Assembly (NCBI GenBank): GCA_045837725.1
Contig: JBEWZL010000066.1
Coordinates: 124,001-188,000, forward strand
Reading direction: 5' to 3'
Source: Vermamoeba vermiformis
Taxonomy: Eukaryota
Length of the DNA stretch: 64,000 nt
Positions 36,189 through 49,184 of the stretch are shown here, in pieces. The notes under the pieces were generated by a model. That model ran no database searches. It saw only the letters and a program-made list of their open reading frames with translations, and had not been told where the DNA came from. The translations under genes and the position numbers were made by a program. The first letter of the stretch is position 1, and each line of letters begins with the position of its first letter.

Positions 36189-39100
36189 ATGGAAACTCAA
36201 CTTGGAGTCAAACGAAGCCGTGAGGCCGAAGATCAAGAAGCGGATCGTGTCACAAAAAAATTAAAATGCGATCGTCCGGATATTAATATGCTACCAGAAG
36301 AATTACTTATGCAAATACTTGTTAGAGTACCCAAAAAATATCTAGGTAATTTTTTAATCATTCGAAGTAAATTTTTGAATTAATTCCTCGAACGCTATCG
36401 ATTATCCAATGCAATAGGAATATTGAATAATTTCGAAATTATTATTATTAGGGTCTTTATCCCAGGTATCACCACAATGGCAACTGATCACACGATCAAG
36501 AGATTTTTGGCGGCTATCGTGTCAAAATCGATGGACAACGATGGTCGCGCCGATAGTTTAGATTTTGATAGAGATGTCTATTTAATTCCAACAGTTGCGT
36601 GTAAGTCAAATGATTACATGAGCGAACCCAAACCTGGATCGAGTTTAATCTTCTTTATTTAGTCAATGGCAAGACATTAGTTGATTGGCAGTTTTATTAC
36701 AAGCTCAGGTATGAAATATTTGGTATTTAGCAACAAGATCTCACGTACATCCAGAAAAAAATTTGGCAAAACCCTGCAACGAATTACAGAGCACTTTGAC
36801 CGAGGTCTTGGCATCGAAATTGCAGCACCAATGATGGAAATTCTCGCAGGGGGAAGCGAGCTTCTGGCAGGCTCAGTGAACAAAGTATTTGAAACTTTGT
36901 CCATCATCTCGATCCTTGACAGCCGCAAAAAAATATTTCGTTCTTTCGTTGCTGTACCAGCCGTTGATTTTGTTTGCGATATGGCCTTGCTACGCTTTAA
37001 TAGAGGCGAGATGGACTGGTTCAAGTCCGTAATAATGTTATTGGACCATTTAGTTGGATTTAACAAGCCCAAAGCCAAACTTTTTAGGTAAGATAGGACT
37101 AGTCTAACATAGTTTTTATTGATAATCCTAAATATTAATATTATATTTTATTAGTTTTTGCAAGCGCACGTACGATCTTTGTCTGCTGATCCGAGACAAA
37201 GAGCCTAAGAGGATTACTCCGCTTCTTAGAATCATCGCTCAACTTTTCAAAACAATGCCTTCATTCGACGAACGATCAAAACGCTTGTTTGAATTGGTTA
37301 CTGAATACGTCATTAAATTGGGACCGCTGGATCTTGGTCTAGTGGAAGACGAGAATTTCACCGACTTGGAATTTCAGCACCCATTCGCAAGCCTTGTAGA
37401 TCGTATGATACTCAAGCAGTTCGCTAAAATCAAAGGTCAGTGGTAATGTCTAATATTTAACTTGTCTAAAAATGCCGTGTTAGAGTCCCACGATATAACG
37501 GTGGATGTTGCCAGTCGAGTTTATCACAGCAGCGATGATTGGAAGATCAAAGCGAGTGCGATCGCTGTTGGATGGAACCAGTTCAACAAAACAAAAGAGT
37601 ACTGCGACAAATATTACTTGTGAGTAGCGCTAGTGGTCCTATAAAAGAAATTGGAGTATAATGGTATTTTTATATCATTTTAGATTAGCTGTGCATGCAG
37701 TCCAACAAACCGGGCATCAACAATTAGAGTTTGCCGGTCTCGTAGGGTTGTACATTACATGTTGTTAAAAAATCCGAGAATTGTGAGACATTTTTCAACG
37801 GCGAGCATGCGACAACATTGTTTGACATTTTCACGAACGCTTTGACACGATATGATGCGCCGCATATGGGGTAAAAATAATACAAATATAGTAATATGGC
37901 ACTTACTAATAGAATCTCTAGTTTGAAATTCTACCATGTTCTGCTACGCATTTTGCCTGCCGTTCAACCAGACTTGATTTCAGACGAGTTGCTTGATCAA
38001 TTTATTGCAAATGTTCTTAGTGTGTTTGCACGACAAGGAGATTTAGCTCAAAAAGAAGACGACTTCGTGTACGCTTTTAGTCAAGTCGGATCAAAGTTCA
38101 AAGGTCGCTTAGCCAACGTAAGTCCACTTAGCTAATTTGACCGGAGTTTTTTCATTGACACGTGACACAGAAACTCGATCAAGTGAAGGCAGTATTATTC
38201 AATATGGAAGTTGCAAGGTTTAAGCCTGACAGATTATTGGAGTGCTACGTCAATTTTGGTATAAATCGAAAGCTAATCTCGTTTAAAATAATCTCTAACG
38301 TACGTATGATTTTTAGGTGTGGCAGTGCAAGAAAACGAATTCGCTGCAGAATTTAAAATTCTCGCGAAACAGATTGCTGATGGCACATTGCCATTGAAAG
38401 TACCCATTCTCAAATGTTACGGACGATTTGCAGATGTTTGGATACGCTTTGCAGAATCAGAAGATGAACGTGAGGGCGTTATAAAAGCACTCTTAGAAGC
38501 CATACCTAAAGGAGTGAGCGAATTCGGTCAAAGCGGTATTTTTTCTGAGGAAGAAAAGCAACCAGAAGTTGGCCCAGAGCGATTTCCCAATACAAGGGAA
38601 GAGATGCGTGCAGAATACGAGGCCAATGATATGCAAAAGATTACTATTCCAGTGCTCCATCGGACACCAAAACACTACGTCCCGAAAGAACATTTGACAC
38701 GTGTCAATCCCAGCGGAACAATTCGTCCGGACAACGGCGAATTGATCAAAGGAGTATGAACGTACTGTTAGATAATATTATAATATAATACTAACAATTG
38801 GTTTTAGGATATTTCGCGGTCGCATCTGTATGCCTCTCAGTTGCTCATGCTTGTGATTGGTGATGACGGCAGATTTGCAAAGCACGCACAAAGCGTTCTT
38901 AACGCCATGTTAGCGACCTACCGTGTCGGTTTCAACGTTGTCAATCTGCATCACACGATACTGGGCCTGTTAGCCCTCGTCAGGCCTGAGATGGAGTCTT
39001 CAGAGTTTATCAAGTACATCGATATAGTTCTTCACACTATGGCCCACGAGATCAACACAGAACAGCCAATGCACGAAGCAGTGAAAAGTGGATTGTCAGA

Positions 39101-40079
39101 TCTGTTCGCTTTTGTAAGAGCACGAAACTTGGCGTATAGTCAGAATTACAGTAATAATCATTATGATAGTGCTTTAGTTTGTTGGAAGGTCTTGGCGTGA
39201 TGAAAGCGAGCACGATTAAAAATGCCATCGATGTCTATCTTTTGATTTACGACTTCGCTGACCCGAGGTTTTTTGACGTACGTGATTGGTCAACCGATTA
39301 ATTAATAGGCATTTAACTAATAGAATTCATTTCAGATCCACGAGTTGATTTTCTATCTTATCACGACTTGGCCGAGAAACGCTTATGAAGGCATTCGCCA
39401 GTCAAATTTGGCAGACTGGCTCCTTTTCCGTATCAAAAAAGCGAAGTCACAGGTAAGCTTTGTTCATTTAATATAAGGCATTGGATTAATAGTTTTGATA
39501 GGAGCAGATGGCGCCGTGCTTGTACGTCTTTGCGACTTGTGCAGTATTTTATGGCATTGACTTTATCTCCGTAAGTTCGGTGAGTTCTTTCTTAGAAAAA
39601 GTGACTAACGTAACTGATATTAGATGGAACTTTGTGTTGATGACCCTAATGAAGACGAGTTCGAGTCCTCCGATCAATACTTGGCGCGAATCATACCGTA
39701 CTGCAGAGCGTTGTACGTGGATGCATCAAAGAGCGATATGGACAGTCGTTGGATGGAAAAATTGATGTACGTGAAGTTTATGCGGAACTTTTTGATCTTG
39801 TACGCCATCTATCTCGTTCATAATCACTCGGGCGAGATTTCCTTGTTGACGAAGGTCGAAGAGTATGACTCAGATGTCCTCAAGGTCGTGATAGCGAGCG
39901 AAAAGTCATTCGATACAGGCGTGCCTGAGTTGAACGAGTACTTTAGAGGACTGGATCTGGACGGTCTTTGCAAGGCTTTGTCATTAAAACGGGTTGTGTA
40001 CTCAGACGAAGAAGACGAACCCGTGGATAATGTTTCGTTCGAACGAGAGGATGATGATATGGAAATAAATGACGAATGA
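36189..40079 (+). pseudogene. F-box array copy 2; full length but with two apparent frameshifts (~36549, ~37751)
   Basis: GVKRSRE...KKLK, MLPEELLMQILVRVPKK, DFWRLSC, VDWQFYYKLR, SDDWKIKASA, DTGVPELN, acidic tail; in-frame TAG at 36559-36561 and TAA shortly after FAGLVGL. Confidence 0.65.
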
Positions 40080-40253
40080 GATCTGCTTTGGATCCGGAAT
40101 AATTATTACCGTCTAAAAAGTGGATTTGAGAAAAAGGTGCTCTTTTTCGCAATGGAACCGACTGTGATTCGCAATAGACGGTAGTTTTTCGCAGGCACCA
40201 AATATTACTGGGATGTCATTTATCTATGAGGACCTCAGCCTACGGACACAACA

Positions 40254-42280
40254 ATGGCAGCACAAGTTGGAAGGAAGCGCAATCGTGATCTAGATCAGGA
40301 CTGCCGTGTCACAAAAAAAGCAAAATTATTTATACCGACATCTATATGTAGTCTACCTGACGAGATATTGCTGCAGATACTTGCGGTAGTACCGAAAAAA
40401 TATCTAGGTAATTTTCCTCTGCATCTAAAATTCCAGCATTACCTTACATAACGATTACGGTTATTGAAAAATATGCTAATATTATTGCAAAAATATAGCC
40501 GCAATTTCAGAGGTCTCCCAGAAATGGCTGCGGATAACGAACACGCGAGACTTTTGGAAGCTGTTCTGTCGACAAAAATGGCCGACTATGGTTGCATCAG
40601 ATGATTTAAATTTTAAAATCACAGATTATATAATTCCTGCTTCAAACGGTAGAAACAAATCAGTGATCAAGTGTTACGAACGATTTGCCTATCATTGGGC
40701 CAAAATTGCCACACAGGAAGAGCGGCAACAAATCATCGAGGCGCTGCTTAATGCTATTTCTTATGAATACAAGTTTGGGCAAAACGATGTACCTTCCTCC
40801 TTATTAGAAGAAAATGATGGCAGTCCTGAAAATTATCCTCAAACTTGGAACGAGTTACAAAAAGAGCACAATCAGCTTGAGAAGCTCGATTGCATCGGCA
40901 CACTCCCCACAGCTCCGTACTTTATGTCAAGAGTGCATATTAAACCGTTCAATTCGGTGACGCACTACAGCATCAGGCATTTTCAGGTACGTAACGCAGT
41001 AATTACTATTAGTGCTAAGTTATGTTTGATTAGACAGTACAAAACTACATCACGGAACTGCTCAAAATAATCAAGTACCCTCTGTTTAAAGGAATGTACG
41101 TGCGTCATGCCCAAGACGTGCTTCACGCAGTACTTGCCACGTTTCGTTGGCATCTCGACAGCAGCATGAAATGCTTTGCTATAATTGACCTCATGCAGTA
41201 CGTCAAGGAAGAGATGGAACCGAGTGATTTGAGCAGATACATTGGTATCATTCTTTATCGCCTGTTGGAAAAATTGCAATATTCTTCTTTTCTGTTGTAC
41301 GACGAAAAGCTGAAACAAGGAATTGCGCAATTGTTTCACTACGTAAGTGTTTTATATAGGTGCTGCACGAATATTTGATTGACGCTTTGAATCAGTGCTT
41401 GAAAGTCCTGAACGAAATTCCGGAACTCTCCAATGTTTACATTATTACAAAGGCCATCAACATCTGTTTAAAGATAGAAAAGTTCTCAATTCCACAAGTA
41501 GCGCCGGTACGTGAAAAATTAACTTGGTGTTGACAGTACGTTAAGACAATAATTACAGTTGGGCGAACTTGTCTCTACTATTTCATCACGCAGTGGCCTC
41601 GGTACACGCACTCAGCAATAAAAGAGTCCAAATTAGGCCCTTGGCTCATTAAACGTATCACAGAAGAGGCCAAATCTCCGGTAAGAAGTTCAGTTGAATT
41701 TCTGAGGTCATTACGCTGACTGTATCTCCGCTTGCAGGAAGAATTAACTCCTCTTTTGATGGTGTTTACTTTCACTGGTGTTTTATACGGCATTGATTAT
41801 GTTTTGGTACGTTTGAGGAAACTAGTCGGGATCCAGCATTGACACGTTGACATGTCCAAACAGGAAGCTCTTTGTGTAGATCCAGTAATACACAAATATA
41901 ACTCGCGCGAAAGCTACTTAGATATGATTATACCTCATTGCCAAGTGTTATACAAAGCTGTCCGCAGAGGCAAAATCAAGCTCAGTCCGCTGCGTCACAA
42001 TTATTTACGCAAATTTTTGATTTTGAATGCAATCTATTGCGTAGACAGGTACGCGGGAGGCATTGCTGCCATTCCTAAGCAAGGACGCGATAATATTGGA
42101 AGGCTGCAAGATGCGATCGCGGACGATAAGCTTGATACTGGCGTGCCGAAACTGAACAAGCTCGTCAAACGTCTGGATCTCGCTGGAATTTGCAAAGAGC
42201 TGTTCGTACAGCCAGCAGAGCATGAGGAAGAATACGAAATGAGCGATGAGGACTACGACGATATGTTCATCAGAGTTTAA
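40254..42280 (+). CDS. F-box array copy 3; short form with in-frame internal deletion of the central region
   Basis: N- and C-termini closest to copy 1; exon 2 (YIIPASN) runs directly into SVIKCYERF, which lies ~1.7 kb further downstream in copy 1. Confidence 0.75.
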
Positions 42281-43189
42281 GTGCTACAAAGATACGCTTG
42301 GATACGCGGATAAGTCCTATTCAATCGACGGAAAAAGTCGTATCAATGTCACGCTGACAGCAAAATTAAATCGAAAAATAAAACGACAAAATTACGCAGT
42401 GTTGGATAACAAACACTTCTCCCGCCCTGTTTATTAATATTTGTTTTATTTAATGCACCAACGTAACTTAAGGGAAGCGTATTAGGTCCAAATGCGTTCG
42501 CGCCATTCTTCTAGGACTGTGGATGTACGCACGAAGCGCTCGATCACCGCAGCTTGTGTCCCCAAAACAAAAAATTGCGATACTGCGTATTTGTGTCGGA
42601 ACAATTGCCAGATACTTGTCACTAATACGTCAGTGGCAGGTAAGTTAATGGATTTAATTTAAATAATTTCAATTATTTACGGTATTGAAAACAAATGACG
42701 CTAATGTTCTGAATATTTATAGGGGAATATATATGAAGTAAATCCCTTTTATTCCGCGTCTTGTGTGAAAAATCGAGCCATCCCATCCGCTCCGTGTTGC
42801 AGTATGAGTGAGACAAAATTATTGCAACGAACCTAATCTTCGTTTGCCAATACTTAATTCCTAATTTAGCATTATTAGAATTTGTCACAAAGCGAGATTA
42901 GTGTTTCTTTGGCAAATTCAAAAAATCTTGCACGGGTGATACGAATTACCAACAGTTACTCCCCGTGATTTGGTGGGTCAGTTATTAACTATGACATCAC
43001 TTTAACAGAATAGGTTATTCATGATAAGGACGATCGACGTCTCGGTCTACGAAGGATTGGTGTGGTTCGAGCGTTTTTACTAATTATGGCAACAAATATT
43101 TAATCTCAGAGAAGACATCAGAAGCACATTATTTTATCCGTTCAGCCATCAGCACCACAACACAAGAGCCGCAGGGATAAAGAAAGCAA

Positions 43190-45161
43190 ATGATTCTTCG
43201 GTCATACATCCTGGTCGCCGCGCTCGTCTTGATTTCAGTCAACACCGTCCGTGGAGTCGTTCGCATCGATTCTGGACCACTCAATGGAACGGAATTCGAC
43301 TCAGCGCAGATCTATAGAAAAGGTAACACGTCTTACTATGCAATCATGAACTAACTGGAACAAATCTGGTAGGTGATGACTTTTCGGCAAAATGGGCGAC
43401 TATTACAGGCAAACTGGTAAACCATACTTCCGGCGATATTGAAGGCAATATCGTCTATTTGTTTCGTTGGTCTAGAACGACTTTTTGGCAAACGGTTATC
43501 AGTCTTAGAGATCAAGGCGCAATAGCTGTACTGCACTTGGGTGAAAACGGTAACGAATTTAAAAAGATGCATCATAATTACGTCGATAGAGCCATACCTA
43601 TTTCAATATTGATTCAGTCACAATATTATGCAGAGAATTAAAATAATCAGTCTGACGTTTGACGTTTTGGCGTGCCTTTCATCTTAATTAATTACTGATT
43701 CTCCGCGTATTGAAACAGTTGTTCCTGGTCGAGAGTTTTGCGTCTATACTGGCGAAGCGGCAGAAGACATTGGAATACTTGCCTATGAAGTTTACTTTAG
43801 AGACTGGGCGGATGCGCAAGCCATGGTGGACAATGGAACTGAAATAATTATTACGATAGTTTCAGATGGTAGGCGAGATAAGGATAGACGATTCATTATT
43901 TTATGCTATTTTTAGAAAAGAAGCCTTCGCGAATCCACTTTATAAAATTTAACTCCTCATACCCGTTTTTAACTTTTTCTTTGATTGCAGGCAACCCATG
44001 GAGCGACATAATTACTGGTCTTGGTCCTATGCTCGTCTGGCGAGTTGCTCTTGGCGGAGCAACAGTTGGAGTGATGATTTACGCGTTGTACAAACTGATT
44101 ATGTTTGTAAGAGTCCAAGGATCGCATTTCAACGTGCCCCAAGTATGCTTGGCCCTGGAAATCATTGCGAATATTTGTAAGTTGATGTTGTCAAATCTTT
44201 TTACGTTTGACGTTTTGGATCTGCATCCGTGGATCACTTTAGTCCGCTAATTTGATGTGGTACTAATTGATAATTTGCCCTTCGCCATCAAACGATATAC
44301 CTTATTGCGATTCTAATTCATTTCGTCTCAGGGCGTATCTTTTTATTCATTGTTGACCCGATCGGATGTTTTCAAGTAGTTCCGACGGTGTTCTCGCTCT
44401 TTGTCAACGGCATTTCTCTTCCATTCGGAACGGCTACATTCGTGTTGATAACCTTTTACTGGTAAGAATTTTCATGAACGCTTTTCTTCTGGTGAAATTG
44501 AATTTGTTTTGCCTTATTAAGAAATTAGTTAATCTCACCGTTAATATTACCTGTTACTTAGGCACGAGATCATATCGGATTCGTCGATTACGATCCATAG
44601 ATTTTTGCACAAGCTTCAAGTCCCGTTCTACGTCATCTTTTTGACCCTTATCGTCGTATCCACAGTCTTGACAATTTTGAGTTATTACCTTGACTTTGGA
44701 GCCACAAAACCGATCATCATCATTTATTTGTGCATATCTGGGTTATTTTTGGGCTTCTACATCTATACTGCAATCCAAATCGGCAGGAGAATGCGAGCCG
44801 GCCAAAAATTGAAGCGCGCAAGACGACTTAATAGAGTAAGCAATACATATTTACTATATTGGCAATAATAGTAATTAATATTTTCCGGCAGATTAACACG
44901 AAGATGATTTTGAACGCCGTTGGCAGATTGGCCCTGATCGCGACGGCAATTGGCTACTCAGTTGCCGATAAATCGCCCATCGCCTTTGTGGTTGCCACTG
45001 ACTTTTTATTTGCTATGATGGTATTCGATTCGTGGACCAGAGTTTATTTGTTCGAATGGGCTACAGGCAACTCCTCCACATCCGGCGTAAAGATGGACGA
45101 GCGAGAGTCCGAAAAACAGACCGTCGTGGACAACATAAGCACTGCAACTCCAACTCCTTAG
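43190..45161 (+). CDS. Signal peptide + PA-like extracellular domain + seven-transmembrane receptor-like protein
   Basis: MILRSYILVAALVLISVNTVRG; DIEGNIVYL...LRDQGAIAVLHL (PA-domain-like); about seven hydrophobic segments (WRVALGG, PQVCLALEIIANI, TFVLITFYWHE, etc.); Ser/Thr-rich tail. Confidence 0.7.
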
Positions 45162-45308
45162 GGGCAATTGTAAATATACTGTAGTTTGTTGCAATCGACG
45201 TGTAAAGTTTTGTATCAGCCAGCAATTAAATTTGCCATTTTTTCAGTACCTTAACAACACAAAACCACTCCTTAGGTCCTTTGCTGGTTCGAAGACTTTA
45301 TTTTGATA

Positions 45309-48300
45309 ATGTTTTCGAACGCAGGAACTAAGCGCAGTCGCGAGATCGACAATGATGGTGCAGATCATGTTCTGAAAAAAGCAAAATTTGATAATGCAGA
45401 AATTTATGATCTACCAGAAGAGGTATTGATGCATATACTCGTTAGAGTTCCTAAAAAAAATCTAGGTAATGGATGTCATTAATTCCTGTAAATAATATTA
45501 TTGAAAAATATCAAAAAATGCATACATGGAGCTAAAATTATTTAAATTAGGAATTATACGCGAAGTATCCAAACTATGGCACCAGATCGCTCAGAAGAGA
45601 GATTTTTGGAAATTGTCGTGTCAAAGAAAATGGTTTACGATGGTAGCCTCGGATAGCTTAGATTTTGATCAAGAAGAATATTTCATTCCGATATTAAATG
45701 GTAAGTCCAATTATCTGACCGCAGATCAGCTCAATCTAATTTGTTACTCGAAGTAAATGGCAAGAAGTTGGTAGATTGGAAGTTTTATTACACACTTAGG
45801 TAATAATTACTTACCTATAATAGAAGTACTAAGGGTTCTATTTAGAAACAAGTTCTACAAATTAGGCAAACGACTTGCTCCTATTTTAATCAGCGTTGGC
45901 GAGCAAGACACTGCAGAAATATTTACAAACAGCAGCGAACTTCATATTTCAGCGGTCAACAAGTGCTTAGAATTCGTGACTTTCCTGTCAATCGACGTCG
46001 GTTTTGAGGAAGAAATAACACAAGCTTTTGACTTTTTGTGCGATCTGGCATTGTTGCATTACAACCGCGATGACAAGGAATGGTTCTATCCAATTGCCGA
46101 CCTGATGGATCTTTTAAGCGATAGAAAGGCTCTTAAGCCCGGCCAATTCGGGTACGTTAAACGGTTTGCTAGATCTGATCGAAGACTCAACAATTATTTT
46201 GTCCAGCTTATGCAAGCGTGTGTTTGAGCTCAGTAAGCTGGTCCTCGAAGAAGATCATGTGCGTTTTAGAGAGCTGTTCCTCATAGCTACCCGAGTGCTG
46301 CACTCGTTTTCGAGCATTGAGGATCCTCAGTTGCAGAAGTTAATTAAAATGATGGCCGAGTTTATGGTTCACCTTGGATCCGTGGATTTTGGTCAGGCTG
46401 AGATTGGCAGCACCCCGAAATTTCAGTTTCCGCTCCCGAACGGCGATGTTATCTTATTGAACAAGAAACTAGCAAAAAACAAACGTACGTACTTAAACTT
46501 AACGTGATTACGCTAATTAAACACAGCCATTTTGAATATGGTCTTCGACATTCTTACCCAAGCGTACCGTGAAAGCGACGATTGGAGGATCAAAGCAAGT
46601 GCTGTGTGCGTCGGATGGGTGCCTTCAGTATCAAGTAGAAATTACCTGAGGAGTTACTGCGAGTAAGTGTAGTGTCTTTAGTACCGAGCATCAGATCTGA
46701 TTTAACTTTTAAGCTTTGCGATTACGGCCGCAGAAAACGATGACTTGAAAATAGCCTTTGCGGGCATGGTTGGCTTGCACAACTTGATAGCGGAATATGA
46801 AGTCAAAGCGCCTTACGACAATGAAGATCAGCTGAAAAAAATGTTTGAACTATTCGTGTCATCTTTGACTCGGTTTTCAGAGGAGCTGCGGTAAGAAAGC
46901 GTTAAAATTTCAACCGTAGCATCTAATGCCTTATCAGAGTATTCTTCTTCGATGATTTGCTGCTATTGCTGCAGGACATTCGATCTGAATCAGTCATCGA
47001 TGATAGTCTCGATAGATTTATCGCAAATGTTGTCAGCGTATTTCCGCTGATAGAGTTTAGTGTCAATCGCCTGAATCTATTTTCAACAATCGGAAAAGCG
47101 TTTCAAAGCCGTCTATCAAGCGTAAGTAATTAATTAATTCAGCCGTCCATCATTGACACGACAAGACAGAAACTACCGCTATTAAAAGAATTGTTTTTTG
47201 GATTAATACAAACCAAGAACGTACAGCCTGAAGAAGTGCTCAAGGCTTATATTAAATTGGGTAATAATTATTATCAATTTTACGATAACTTAACCTAATA
47301 ATTAGCCTTTTTGGATACTGTTTCTGACCTTATATTAGGCACAGAAGTCAAAGGAGCAGAATTCGCCGACGAGTTCAGAAGTATTGCGAAGCAGATTGTC
47401 GAGGGAACATTGCCGTTTGAAGTGTCGCTGATCCGGTGCTACTCACTTTTCGTCGAGACTTGGATCCAGTTCGCGGAGTCTGAAGAAGAAAAGAATGATA
47501 TCGCTACAAGATTGCTCGTTGCCATTCCAGCAGAAGTATATGAGTTCGGACAAAGTGAACCAATGAAAACACAGCATCTCGCTGGCCCAGCAGACTATCC
47601 CGTAACATTTAACGAGCTCCTGAAGCGACACGGTAGTGACGGTGGTGCAAAACAAGCTCCCGTTAAGTCCAAGCCACCAAGATTTGCAGCAAAAGAGCAT
47701 TTGAAGCCTGTCAATCCGAAGGGCATCATTGACCAGGACAACGGTCATGCACTACGTGACGTATGTGACATTCAAATTGTTTCGAAGCGTTAATTAATGG
47801 AATATAGGAAATTATTGCCACCAATAGTTATGCTATACAGCTGTTCAGGATAGTGGCCGAAGAGAGTAGAATCCTTCAACATTGTGCACAAGATTTATTG
47901 CACGCGCTGTTGGCGGGCTATCGTGTCATGGGCAGCCCCGCACTCTGTAGAGCAGTGTTATCTTTGCTAGCCTACGTCAAGGTAGAGATGGACGCAGCAG
48001 ATGTATACAAGTACGGCGAGATCATGCTCCACACAACGCCTCGAACAGTTTTGCAATTGAATGACATGACCACCTTCTTGGCGTGGCTACCAGTCCTTTC
48101 GGATGCGTTCGTAGCTGTAAGTCACCAGTAACTAATCCGATCCTAATTAACAAATCTGCAGTGTTATGATGCCTTGGAGTCAGCGCCCAGCGTGGTTCAT
48201 TCAAATGCAATCGGTGATCTACTCACCTTTTATCTGCTGCTCTACGATTGGCCTGTTAGAAAACTTGCTGACGTAAGACAGTACTATTAGTGAGTACGTA

Positions 48301-49084
48301 GCTAAATTAGTTCTCAGGTTGCCGGAATGATGCACAACTTCATTACTATGTGGCCAAGAAATGCGTACGAAGGCATCAAGGAGTCTATATTGGCTGTGTG
48401 GCTCCGCAAGAGAATCAAAAAAGCCAGCTGCTTGGTAATGCCATCAACATCCGATTGAAATAACTAACGTTTGTTCTTCAGACGGAGTTAACGCCGTTCC
48501 TATTAGTGTTTAGTACTACTGGAGCACTATACGGAATAGATTATGTAATAGTAAGCATCGACTACAACGGTGTAATTCAAATTCTAACGTGATATGATTA
48601 GGACAACCTATGCAAGGACGACCCTGAAGCTGACACGTACGAGGCACCAGAGGATTATCTGGCTCGAATTATTCCGCACTGTAGGGAACTTTATAATGCC
48701 GTACAGAAGGGTGATGCGAATGTAGAGCTATTAGAAGCCAATTTATTAAGAAATTTCATCATTTTGCACGCAATTCATGCAGTCGATGACTATTTTGGCG
48801 ACATTGGCATGATTCCTACGCTCTACGACTTTGACGTCGAAAGATTGAAAGCCGCACTTGCCAACGACAAGCTCGACACAGGAATCCCTGAGTTAAGCAA
48901 ACTCGTGAAAGCGGCAGACTTTGAAAAGATTTGCAAAGTCCTACTGCTGTCGCGACAATTACACGAGAACGATGAAGAGGAAGAAGAATGCATTAGTGGC
49001 GAAGAATCAGAGGAAGATGTTGAAGTTCTAGAAGATAATAATAAGCATAGTGAAAGGAAACCTAAAGAACCCGCCTCTATTTGA
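45309..49084 (+). CDS. F-box array copy 4
   Basis: MFSNAGTKRSRE...KKAK, DLPEEVLMHILVRVPKK, DFWKLSCQRKW, VDWKFYYTLR, SDDWRIKASA, DTGIPELS, acidic tail; no lesion noticed in the exons I checked. Confidence 0.8.
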
Positions 49085-49184
49085 ACTGGCATAACGTTGT
49101 TTTTTCTTGGACTAAAATAATCGACAACCACAACGGTTTTGTTATTGTTATTACTCACAAGCATTACTTACGTAATATGCAACA

